Shown: one piece after another, positions 25,620 to 36,865 of the stretch
Position numbering within the stretch: position 1 is the first letter of the stretch
Layout of the letters: every line of letters starts with the position of its first letter
Source of the DNA: Squalus acanthias
Lineage: Eukaryota
Length of the DNA stretch: 64,000 nt
NCBI GenBank assembly: GCA_030390025.1
Contig: JASTWF010000033.1
Location: 2,482,001-2,546,000, forward strand
Reading direction: 5' to 3'
Notes under the pieces: model-generated
The model's input: only the letters and a program-made list of their open reading frames with translations
What the model was told of the DNA's origin: nothing
The model's database searches: none
Position numbers and translations under genes: made by a program

Positions 25620-26048
25620 ACGAAATGTGGGCATCGCTGGCAAGGCAAGCCAATCCCTAATTGTCCGTGAGAAGGTGGTGAGCCGCCTTCTTGAAGCGCT
25701 GCAGTCCTTGAGTTTAAGATACTCCCACAGTGTCTGACTTTGGTATAACTGTGTGGCTCTCTTGGCCTTTTCGGAGGGCAGTTAATTGTCAACCACATAT
25801 GGGCAGCCCAGGTAAGGATGGCAGATCTCCTTCCTTAAAGGACCTTAGTGAACCAGTTTGTTTTTTCCAACAATCCGGTAGTTTCATGGTCTCCATTACA
25901 GATACCAGCTTTTTAATTCCAAATTTATTTAATTAACTGAATTTAAATTCCCCAGCTGCCGTGGTGGGATTTGAACTCACGTCTCACGGATTATTAGTAC
26001 AGGCCTCTGGAACACTAGTCCATTAAAATAACCACGATGCTAATACAT
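25620..26048 (-). mobile_element. tRNA-derived SINE (about 25770-26048) adjoining a Zenon-like LINE 3' end (about 25620-25730)
   Basis: Reverse B box GGGATTTGAACTC at about 25966; body matches 22072-22260. Left part matches 35597-35715. Confidence 0.7.
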
Positions 26049-26467
26049 TCGGTGTCCACAGATAGTAATCCATAACACTCTTGACTTGTGCCTTTTAGGT
26101 TTTGGAAATGCTTTGGGGAGTCAGGAGGTGAGTTACACACCGCAGAAAACCAGACTCTGACCTTCTGTTATAATTATTTATGTGGCTGGTCCAGTTGATT
26201 TTCTGATTAATGGCGACCCCTAGGATATTGATGCTGGAGGATTCGGTGATGGAAATGCAATTTACTGTCAACTGGAGCAATTTAGAATATCTCTTGCTTA
26301 AGGTGGTCATCGCCTGTTGCTTGTGTGGAGACAATTTACCACAATGGCACCAGGGATGAGGGACTTCAATTAAGTGGAGAGACTAGAGAAGCAGGGCTTC
26401 TTTGCCTTAGAGCAGAGAAGGTTAGGGGGGGATTGAATAGATGTGTTCAACATGTTGCGTGTTCTGA

Positions 26468-26725
26468 TAACCCGGGAGAGTTCAAAAGCAGCGGGAGCAG
26501 GGCGAGATCGATAAAACCCGGGAGAGTTCAAAAGCAGCGGGAGCAGAGCGAGAGCGCCAAATTCCGGGAGAGTTCAAAAGCAGCGGAGCAGAGCGAGAGC
26601 GCCAAATCCCGGGAGACTTCAAAACCAGCGGGTGCAGAGCGAGAGCGCCAAAACCCAGGAGAGTTCAAAAGCAGCCGGAGCAGAGCCAGAGCGCCAGAAC
26701 CCAGGAGAGTTCAAGAGCAGCGGGA
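26468..26725 (+). repeat. ~46-bp tandem repeat (about 6 copies) at the CR1 5' end
   Basis: CCCGGGAGAGTTCAAAAGCAGCGGGAGCAGAGCGAGAGCGCCAAA repeated. Confidence 0.9.
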
Positions 26726-29700
26726 GACGCTGAGACACAAAGTGAGTGTGAAGAAGTAAAAACTTATCGAAGTGTGACGTCACCAGAAAGCAGGCAAGTG
26801 ATTGGTTGGTGAGTATTTCTCTATTTCACGCCTTTTTTCCAAACTTGAGCGTCTAAATTTAAGTGCCTTGGTGTAGATTAAAAGATATAAGTTTTCCAAA
26901 TTTAAAACTAATCGTTTAATTGAGATTGGAGACCAGGCAATGTGTTGGTGTGGGAGCTGGAGGACAGCATTGAGGTCCAAGACGACCACATCTGCAGCAA
27001 ATGTTGGCTGCTGGAAGAACTTTGGCTCAGAGATGATGAGCTGGAGTCCGAGCTTCATAATTGCGAAATATTAGGGAGGGGGAGTGTTACCTGGACACTA
27101 AGCTCCAGGAGGCAGTCACAGCCACTAAAATAATTCCTTCCAATTTGGTCCATGGTCTGGGACAGGAGGGTGTGACTACAAGCGAAGCAGGTATTGGGAT
27201 CCAGGTGGAGGAGCCTCAGCCCTTGGCCTTGTCCAACAGGTACGAGATTCTTGCTCCCTGTGTGGACGAGGCCAGGGACTGCAGGGAAGGTGAGCAAACT
27301 GACCACAGCACCATGGTAAAGGGAACCATTCAAGTGGGGGGAGCAAAAATATATGTTGTAGTGATTGGGGAGAGTATAGTGAGGGGGATAGATACTGTTC
27401 TCTGCAGCCGAGAGCCTGAGTCCCGAAGGCTGTGTTGCCTGCCCTGTGCCAGGGTTAAGGACATCTCCTCTGGGCTGGAGAGAAATTGGAGTGAGAGGGG
27501 GAAGATCCAGTTGTAATTCTCCATGTTGGTGCCAATGACATATGTAGGACAAAGAAAGAGGTTCTGCTGACTGAGTATGAGCAGCTAGGGGCTAAATTAA
27601 AAAGAAGAACCACAAAGGTAATAATCGCTGGATGACTACCTGAGCCACGAGCGAATTTGCATCGGATAAATAAGTTCAGAGAAATGAACGAGTGGCTCAA
27701 AGATTGGTGTGGGATAAATGGGTTTAGATTTGTGGGGCACTGGCACCAGCACTGGGATAAGGGGGAGCTGTTCCGTTTGGACGGGCTTCACTTGAACCAT
27801 GCTGGGGCTCGAGTCCTGGCAAATCGAATAACTAGGGCTGTAGAGAGGGCTTCAAACGAAATAGTGGGGTGGGGTGGAGGATCCAGGTGAGCGGGAAAAT
27901 GAAAAGTCAATGAGAAATGAGAAAGCAATAGAGCAGGTTACAGATGGGGGAAACAATAACCAGTGTGTGACAGGAAGGGACAGAATGTTGAAAAATGAGA
28001 GTGTAACAGAAAAAAAGGCCAAAACAAGGAAAAATGTGCAAAAGACAAAGCTAGAAGCTCTATATCTGAATGCACGCAGCATTCGTAACAAGATAGATGA
28101 GTTGACGGCTCAAATAGATACAAATGGTTATGATCTGATCGCCATTACAGAGACGTGGTTGCAAGGCGACATGGCCTGTAACTGAATATTCTAGGGTATA
28201 TGATAATTCGGAAGGGCAGAAAGAAAGGAAAGGGAGGTGTGGTGGCTTTGTTGGTAAAAGATGGGATCAGTGCAGTGGTGAGAAGTGATATTGGCTCAGA
28301 AGATAAAGATGTAGAATCGGTTTGGGTGGTAATAAAAAATAATAAGGGGAAAAAGTCTCTGGTGAGCTTATTATACAGGTCCACGAACAGTAGCAATGCT
28401 GTTGGACAGAGTATAAATCAACAAACAATGGAAGCCTGAAAAAAAATGTTCTCTAATTATCATGGGTGATTTTAATCTCCACATTGATTGTACAAATCAA
28501 ATTGGCCATGGTAGCATGGAGGAGGAGTTCATAGAGTGCATCCAGGTTGGTTTCTTAGAACAGTATGTAATGGAACCAACCTGATAGCAGGCTATCTTGG
28601 ATCTCGTATTATGTAATGAGACAGAATTAATAAATAATCTCATAGTAAAGGATCCTCTCGGAAAGAGTGCTCATAACATGGTTGAATTGCAAATTCAGTT
28701 GGAGGGTGAGAAAGTTGTATCCCAAACCAGTTACCTGATCTTAAACAATGGCAAATATAATGGCATGAAGGCAGAACTGGCTGAAGTGGACTGGAAAAAC
28801 AAATTAAAGGGCAAGGAATTTGAAATGCAGTGGCGGACATTTAAGGAGATATTTCATAACTCTCAACAAAAATATATTCCAGTGAGAAAGAAAGATTTTA
28901 AGAGAAAGGTGCACAATCCATGGCTAACTTAGGAAGTAAAGGGTGGTATCAAATTCAAAACGAAGGCATACAATGTTGCCAACATTAGTGGGAGAGCAGA
29001 GGATTGGGAACTATTTAAAAACCAGCAAAGGATGACTAAAAAAATAATAAAGATAGAGAAGATTAATTATGAGAGTAAGCTGGCAAAAAACATTAAAACA
29101 GGTAGTAAGAGCTTCTACAGGTATATAAAAAGGAAGAGGGTAGCTAAAGTAAACGTTGGTCCCTTAGAGGATGAGATTGGGGAATTAATAATGGGGAACG
29201 GGGAAATGGCCGAGACTCTGAACAAATATTTTGCATCTGTCTTCACTGCAGAAGACACGAACAACATCCCAATAATGGATAATCAACGGCCACAGGGAGT
29301 GGAGAACTGAAGACAATCACTATCACTAAGGAAATGGTACTCGGTAAAATAAGGGGACTAAAAGACAGGTCCCCTGGATCAGATGGCCTGCATCCCAGTG
29401 TCTTAAAAGAAGTGGCTGCATAGATAATGGATGCATTGGTTGCAATACGCCAAAATTCCCTAGACTCTGGAGAGGTCCATGGATTGGAAAACCGCTAATG
29501 TATCACCCCTATTTAAGAAAGGAGGCAGACAGAAAGCAGGCAACTATAGACCAGTTCGCCTAACATCTGCTGTTGGGAAAATGCTGGAGTCCTTCATTAA
29601 GGAAGCATTTCCAGGGCATTAGAAGAACATGCTGTAGTCAAACAGTGTCCGCATGGTTTTAGGAAAGGTAATTCATGTTTAACAAATTTGCTGGATTTCT

Positions 29701-30932
29701 TTGAGGATGTAACAAGCAGGGTGGACAAGGGTGAGCCAGTGGATGTGGTGTATTTGGATTTCCAGAAGGCATTCGATAAGATGCCAAATAAAAGTTTACT
29801 GCATAAGATAAGAGCTCACGGAATTGGGGGTAATATATTAGCATGGATAGAGAATTGGCTAACTAACAGAAAGCAGAGATCGGGATAAATGGGTCATTTT
29901 CTGGTTGGCAAACGGTAACTATTGGGGTGCCACAAGGATCGGTGCTGGGGCCCCAACTATTTACAACCTACATTAACGACTTGGATGAAGGGATCGAGTG
30001 TAATGTAGATAAGTTTGCGGATGATACAAAGATGGGTGGGGAAGCAAGTTGTGCAGAGGACTCAAAGAATCTGCAAAGGGATATAGACAACTTTGGTGAG
30101 AGGGCAAATATTTGCCAGATGGAGTATAATGTGGGAAAGAGCGAGTTTATCCACTTTGGCAGGAAAAATAAAAAAGCAAACTATTATTTCAATGGAGAGA
30201 GATTACAACATGCTACAGTTCAGAGGGACCTGGGGTCTTTGTGCATGAAACACAAAAATTAGCATGCAGGTGCAGTAAATAATCAGAAAGGCAAATTGCA
30301 TGTTGGCCTTTATTTCAGGGGGGTTGGAGTATAAAAGCAGGGAAGTCCTGCTACAACTGTACAAGGTATTGTTGACACCACACCTGGAGTACTGCGTACA
30401 GTTTTGGTCTCCTTATTTAAGGAAGGATATACTTGCATTGGAGGCAGTTCAGAGACGATTCACGAGGTTAATTCCAGAGATGAGGGGGTTGACTTATGAG
30501 GAAAGGTTGAGCTGGCTGGGCCTATACTTATTTGGAATTTAGATGAATGAGAGGTGATCTTATCGAAATATATAAGATACTGAGGATGCTCGACATGGTA
30601 GATGCACAGAGGATGTTTCCCCTCGTGGGGAAATCTAGATCTCTGGGGCACAGTCTCAGAATAAACGGTCGCCCTTTTAGAACTGTGATGAGGAAGAACT
30701 TCTTCCCTCAGAGTGTCGTAAATTTGTGGAATCTTCTGCCCCAGAGAGCTGTGGAGGCTGGGTCATTAAATACATTTAAAGTGGAGATAGACACATTTTT
30801 GCAAGATAAGGGAGTGACTGGTTGTATGGTGCGAGCTAGGAAGTGTCTTTGAGCCCAAGATCAGCCATGATCTTATTGAATGGCGGAGCAGGCTCTAGGG
30901 GCCGTGTGGCCTATTCATGCTCGTATTCTTAT
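26468..30932 (+). mobile_element. near full-length CR1 LINE: repeat-containing 5' UTR, ORF1 (Cys motif, coiled coil, SGNH esterase) and ORF2 (APE and RT), with many stops and frameshifts
   Basis: ORF1 pieces HICSKCWLLEELWLR, VVVIGESIVRG and DGLHLN. ORF2 YLNARSIRNK…IAITETWL, LDLVLCNE, YLDFQKAFDK, PQGSVLGP, KFADDTK and RKNFFPQSVVNLWN. 3' UTR GATCAGCCATGATCTTATTGAATGGCGG. Confidence 0.95.
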
Positions 30933-31055
30933 GATAGAGTAAGTAAGGGGAACATTTGCCACTGACTGACTTGTCATTACCAAATGACCGAACTTTGATC
31001 ACGCAGTGAGATGATTTGGAATGACCTCTCCGAAAGGTTGTTGGTGCAGATTCAA

Positions 31056-32460
31056 TGGGCTCAGTTGGTAGAAAACTCACCTCTGAGTCAGAAGGTTGTG
31101 TATTCAATTCCACTCCAACGACGTGAGTACAAAAATCAAGGATGACACTCCAGTCCAGCATTTAGGGAGCGCGGCACTGTCAGAGGGTCAGTACTGAGGG
31201 AGCGCCGCACTGTCGGAGGGGCAGTACTGATGGAGCGCTGCACTGTCGGAGGGACAGTACTGAGGGAGCGCTGCACTGTCGGAGGGGCAGTATTGAGGGA
31301 GCCCGCACTGTCGGAGGGGCAGTACTGATGGAGCGCTGCACTGTCGGAGGGGCAGTACTGAGGGAGCGCTGCACTGTCGGAGGGGCAGTACTGATGGAGC
31401 GCTGCACTGTCGGAGGGACAGTACTGAGGGAGCGCTGCACTGTCGGAGGGGCAGTATTGAGGGAGCCCCTCACTGTCGGAGGGGCAGTACTGATGGAGCA
31501 CTGCACTGTCGGAGGGGCAGTACTGAGGGAGCGCTGCACTGTCGGAGGGGCAGTACTGATGGAGCGCTGCACTGTCGGAGGGTCAGTACTGAGGGAGCGC
31601 TGCACTGTCGGAGGGACATTACTGAGGGAGTGCTGCACTGTCGGAGGGGCAGTAATGAGGGAGTGCAGCACTGTCGGATGGGCAGTAATGAGGGATCGCT
31701 GTACTGTTGGAGGGTGAGTACTGAGGGAGCGCTGCACTGTCGGAGGGGCAGGAATGTGGGAGTGCAGCACTGTCGGGTGGGCAGTACTGAGGGTGAACTG
31801 CACTGTCGGAGGGACAGTAATGAGGATGCGCTCTGCTGTTGGAGGGACAGGGAGCAATGCATTGTCGGAGGGACAGTATTGACGGAGCGCTGCACTGTCA
31901 GAGTAAAAGTACTGAGGGAGCGCTCTACTGTTGCCGAGGCAGTACTGAGGGAGCGATGCACTGTCGGAGGGGCAGTACTGAGGGAGAGCTGCTCTGTCGG
32001 AGGGCTGTACTGAGGGAGCGATGCACTGCCGGATGGTCAGTACTGAGGGAGCACTGTATTCGCGGAGGGGCATTACTGAGTTAGCGCTGCGCTGTTGTAG
32101 GTGCATTACTGAGGGAGACTGTCCTTTCGGAGGGATCTGATTTAGGATGCGACGTTAAACCGAGGCCCTGTTTGCTCTCTCTCAGGTGAATGTAAAAGAT
32201 CCCATGGCAATATTCGAAGAAGAGCAGTAGAGTTATCCTTAGTGTTCTGGTCAATATTTATCTCAATCAACATCACTAAAACAGATGACTTGGTCGTAAT
32301 TGCCATGCTGTTTGTGGGAACTTTCTATTTACAAACTGCCTGCCGTGTTTCCTGGAGTGCAACACAGACTTCACTTCACCAGTACTTCTTTGGCTCTAAA
32401 GTGCTTTGCGTCATCCCAAGGTCGTTAAAGGCGCTCTATAAATGCAAGTTTTTCTTTCTT
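31056..32460 (+). mobile_element. Deu-type SINE with an internally expanded 33-bp minisatellite
   Basis: Head GGGCTCAGTTGGTAG…CTCTGAGTCAGAAGGTTG at 31056, array at about 31150-32135, then SINE body GACGTTAAACCGAGGCCC…TAAAAGATCCCATGGC and tail AAGGCGCTCTATAAATGCAAG. Confidence 0.9.
31150..32135 (+). repeat. 33-bp minisatellite (CAGTACTGAGGGAGCGCTGCACTGTCGGAGGGG)n
   Basis: Roughly 30 directly visible units, degenerating toward the 3' end. Confidence 0.97.
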
Positions 32461-32599
32461 AATAGAAACATTCAAAAGGTAATTCGATATTACTTGAAAA
32501 GCAGAATTTTTCAGGACTATGGGGAAACGGCTTAATTGTTCACTACCATTCACGAAAGGATATGACAGCTTTGAAATAATCTGATCTGTTGCTTGTGGG

Positions 32600-33250
32600 A
32601 TCGCTTGAATCTGTCTAATTTCATCCCTCTGAGCACGATGGTAGTGGCACATGATACGATGGATGGTGTCCTCAGTGTGAAGGCGAGAATTATTCTCCAC
32701 AAATATTGTGTAGTCCTACCAATAGCGTCATGGACAGATGCATATGCGATAAGTAGATTGGTGAGGACGGGGTCATGCAGGCTATATTCTCATGTTGGTT
32801 CTCCCACCACCTGCCGCCATCCTAGACTGGCAGCTCTGTTCTTTAAGGCTCGGTTTATGATGGTGCTTCTGAACCAGTCTTGCTAATGGACATTGACATC
32901 TCACCCTCCCCACCCAGAGAATACATGTTGTGCCCTTTCTGCTCTCGGTGCTCCCATCAACTGGAGTTCAGCATGAAGATGTGCTGATTCATCAGCTGAA
33001 TGATGGCGGTAGGTGGTAATCAGCTGGAAGTGACCATGCTCATGTCTGACTGGAACCATGAGAATTCGTTATGCCCTTAGGCAATGTTGAGGACTCGCAG
33101 GATCTCTCCTAGTCGACTGTATACACCTGTGCAACCGCCTCTGGTGAGTCTGTCCTGCCGCTGGAACAGTATATACATTGGGATGATGATGGAGGACTCG
33201 GGAATGTTGACTGATTGTATTGGTTCTGTGACAGAGACTGTAGGTCCGCA
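32600..33250 (-). mobile_element. decayed LINE fragment, probably the endonuclease region of the CR1/L2-group family
   Basis: Recognition of GTCCTCAGTGTGAAGGCG…GTCATGGACAGATGCAT…GATTGGTGAGGA; no clean ORF. Confidence 0.45.
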
Positions 33251-33332
33251 TTGGACTCATCAGTCACCTGTGAACTCATTTTTAGTGCAGAGGCAAGTTA
33301 TCCTCGGTTCCGAGGGAGTGCCTAAGAAGAGA
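33235..33332 (+). mobile_element. RTE/BovB-like LINE 3'-terminal fragment
   Basis: CTCATCAGTCACCTG…GCAAGTTATCCTCGGTTCCGAGGGAGTGCCTAAGAAGA closely matches 61275-61370. Confidence 0.8.
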
Positions 33333-33455
33333 AACCACGTTACACTCTAATATTATTCTTGTTATTTACCGTGGAATACTCTGTTATTAATGGTATTCTG
33401 TGTTTTAAGTTCTTGCATCTTTGTTAATGCAAGAGTTGTTGTTTAAAAAGACTGA

Positions 33456-33483
33456 CACATCCTCGCTGCTGTTGGTGTTCCTG
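33456..33483 (+). pseudogene. second (proximal) remnant of the GPCR first exon
   Basis: Reads HILAAVGVP followed by G|GTAAGT (phase-1 donor), but TGA at 33453 is in frame immediately upstream. Confidence 0.6.
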
Positions 33484-33744
33484 GTAAGTTTCTGTATCCA
33501 GCTATTAATTCTATAAATCATGTTTAACTGTATTTCTCTCCTTATCATTCCCCATCCCATCCGCACTGCTGTCGGCTGTTGATTCTGAAGGTGATGCAGC
33601 GTTAACAAGATTCAATTGTTCTATATTCAACACAAGAAAATATATTGGACGGGAATCTTTGCTCAACGAATTCCATTCTGCTATCTACACTGAACATGTG
33701 TAACAGATGAGAAGAATATTGTCTTGGTTGAGGAGATTTTCACC

Positions 33745-33875
33745 TAATGACGAAAGATCATCGACCTGAATCGTTAACTCCCTCTCTCTCTGCAGATGCT
33801 GCCTGACCTGCTGAATAATTAAAACATTTTCTGTTCTTATTTCAGATTTTCAGCATCCGCAGTAATTTGCTTTTG
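33745..33875 (+). mobile_element. short Penelope-like terminal-repeat-type fragment
   Basis: TGACGAAAGATCATCGACCTGAATCGTTAACT…CAGATGCTGCCTGACCTGCTGA…CAGCATCCGCAGT; recognition only. Confidence 0.45.
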
Positions 33876-34620
33876 TTTTCACCGAATGCTCGGCATGGTT
33901 ACTGACACAGAGACACAGGAACAAATCCAGGCAGATCACAAACACATCTTTAAATGTCTGAAATATCAGCGAATCATTCAGTTCAAGTCAATGTCTCCTT
34001 TCCCACCATCTCCAGTTTTGCATTAGTGACCCTGCTTCTGATGGTTAGATTAGGATTACAAGGATAATTTACATTCTCAAAAAACGTTCAGTCAGCCAGA
34101 TTTCAATGCGTTTATTTCCAATCTTTATTTTGAATTTACAATTGGATCCCGTGCCCGTCTGTCACTGTTCAGTGGATCTCTCAGTAAGTCCCAGAGTGAA
34201 TCTCTAATGCCTCCTGATGTACTGCAGGATAAACAATCCCAGCTGATTGTAACTGAAGTACTGAGGATAATAAAATCCTTTCATATTTTCTCGACTAAAG
34301 TTCTCTGCACATGTTGGAAACCAAAAGGTGAAAATGTACAAAGATAAATCTCTTCCATTTGTGTTCAGATACTTTACAAAAGCGTTCGGCGGCTCGTTGC
34401 CTGTGGGATAAGTCGCGTGATTATGATGCTAATGAATGCATTTAGTGGGCTATATACCTTATAATGATAACTATTTATTTTAATTCAGAATCCATTCTTT
34501 TCAATGTTATTTGGAAAATCTTCCTTTCAATGAGCTACAATTTGTGTATTTTAAAAAAAAACTGCTGCTCTTGCTCCCAGCCTGATTTCTAACTTCCCTG
34601 TTTATTCCCCTTGCTCTCAG

Positions 34621-35522
34621 TGAACTTAGTGACGATTATGATCCTGTCTCGGGGAAAGTGCGGTCTCTCCAAATGTGTCACTCGCTACCTGCTGGCCATG
34701 GCAGCGGCGGATCTACTGGTCGTTATCCTCGACCTGATACTGAGGCAAATTCCGATTGTTTATTACCATCATTTTCATTTCGTGCGGTCCATCCCCGTGT
34801 GCAATATCCATGCCGTCCTGCTTTATGCAGCCACAGACTGCTCTGTCTGGTTCACCGTCACGTTCACCTTTGATCGATTTGTGGCTATTTGTCGCCAGAA
34901 GCTGAAAACGAAATATTGCACCGAGAAAACGGCGGCTGTAGTTCTGGGAACAGTGACTGTGCTGAGCAGTTTAAAGAACATTTCCTGGTATTTCATGTTC
35001 ACAGATCGGTATGGGCTTTGGAACATGCCCTGGTTTTGTGATGTAAAAGTCGCTGTTATGAAATCGCGTGCCTGGGCAGCAATCGAGCTCCTTCATTATA
35101 TTCTCACCCCGGTGGTCCCATTTGTGGTGATTCTGCTGCTCAATGGTGTCACCGTCAGACACATTTTAGTTGCCAGCAGAGCCCGCAGGAGACTCCGGGG
35201 TCCCAGCAGTGGGGAGAGTCCCAGAGACCCAGAGATGGAGAGCCGCAAGAAATCCATCATTTTACTGCTTGTTATCTCGGGCAATTTCATCCTGTTATGG
35301 GCAGTGTTTATGGTGGTTTATATGTGGAGTCGGATAGGTTCGATCAGGTATATGTCTGCAAATTCTCCTCCTTTTTTACTGGAATTGGGAATGATGCTGC
35401 AGATGCTGAGTTGCTGCACAAACACTGGGATTTATGCCGTGACCCAGACTAAGTTCAGAGAGCAGTTGAAGAATATGGGGAAGATTCCCTTTAGTCTGAT
35501 TGTAAAATTAATTAAAGGATGA
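34621..35522 (+). CDS. main coding exon of a class A (rhodopsin-like) orphan GPCR, GPR139/GPR142-like (end of TM1 to stop codon)
   Basis: Polypyrimidine tract and CAG acceptor at 34618-34620. Open frame with TM1 NLVTIMIL, TM2 YLLAMAAADLLV, TM3 C…SVWFTVTFTFDRFVAIC, TM5 VVPFVVILLLN, TM6 SGNFILLW and TM7 CCTNTGIY; TGA at 35520-35522. Confidence 0.9.
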
Positions 35523-35584
35523 TGTAAAGCGGAGACTTTGCAGCCTGACAGCTCCCTTGGTGTGACTTGATTTAAAAATGTTTT

Positions 35585-36865
35585 TAATCGTGTCCGGGAT
35601 CTGGGCGTCGCTGGCAATGCCAGCATTTATTGCCAATCCCTAGTTGTCCTTGAACAGGTGGTGATGAGCCGCCTTCTGGAACTGCTGCCGTCCGTGTGGT
35701 GAAGGTACTCCCACAGTGCTGTTAGGTAGGGAGTTCCAGGATTTTGATCCAGCGACGATGAAGGATCGGCGATAAACGTCTAAGTCAAGATGTTGTGTAA
35801 CTTGGAGGGGAACTTGGAGGGGATGGTGTTCCCATACGCCTGCTGCCCTTGTCCTTCTAGGTGGAAGAGGTCGCGGGTTTGGGAGGTGCTGCCGAAGAAG
35901 CCTTGGCGAGTTGCTGCAGTGCATCCTGTAGATGGTACACACTGCAGCCATGGTACGCCGGTGGTGGAGCGAGTGAATGTTTAAGGTGGTGGATGGGATA
36001 CCAATCAAGCGGGCTGCTTTGTCCTGGATGGTGTCGAGCTTCTTGAGTGCTGTTGGAGCTGCACTCATCCAGGCAAGTGGAGAGTATTCCCATCACACTC
36101 CTTACTTGTGGCTTGTAGATGGTGGAAAGGCTTTGAGGAGTCAAAGGTGAGACACTCACCGCAGAATAACTAGCCTCTGACCTGCTCTTGATCCACAGTA
36201 TTTATGTGGCTGTTCCAGTTAAGTTTCTGGTTAATGGTGACCCCCAGGATGTTGATAAATTGTGAATCGGCGATGGGAATGCCACTGAATGTCAAGGGGA
36301 GGTGGTTAGACTCTCGCTTGTTGGAGATAGTCTTTGCCTGGCACTTCTGTGGCGCAAATGTTACCTGTCACTTATCAGCCCAAGCCTGAACGTCGTCCAG
36401 GACTTGTTGCATGCGGGCATGGACTGCATCATTATCTGTGGAGTGGTGAATGGCGCTGAACACTGTGCAGTCACCAGCGAGCATCCCCAGTTCTGACCTT
36501 ATTTTGGAGGGAAGGTCATTGATGGAGCAGCTGAAGATGATTGTTCCGAGGACACTGCCCTGAGGAACTCCTGTAGTGATGTCCTGGGGCTGTGATTCTA
36601 TGACCTTCACCCACCACAACCATCTTCCTTTGTGCTAGGTATGACTCCAGCCAGTGGAGCGTTTTCCCCCTGATTCCCATTGACTTCAATTTTACTCGGG
36701 CTCCTTGATGCCAGGCTCGGTCAAGTGCTGCCTTGATGTCAGGTGCATTCACTTTCCCCTCACCTCTGGAATTCAGCTCCTTTGTCCATGTTTGGAACAA
36801 GTTTGTAATGAGTTCGGGAGCCTAGTGGTCTTGTCAGAACCCAAACTGGGCTTCAGTGAGCAGAT
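35585..36865 (-). mobile_element. CR1/L2-group (Zenon-like) LINE, RT to 3' end
   Basis: DIKAALDRAWH, GVPQGSVLG and SAAPTALKKLDTIQDKAARLIG; same family as 12075-13062. Confidence 0.85.

Noticed and set aside
31136..32106. ORFs with repeated STAPPTVQRSL or QYCPSDSAALP (also 55696-57067 and 58907-59954)
   Set aside because: The 33-bp unit is a multiple of three and stop-free in several frames; the arrays are SINE-derived minisatellites.
34611..34620. TTG start of the 303-aa ORF
   Set aside because: These bases are the end of the intron (polypyrimidine tract and CAG acceptor), not a start codon.
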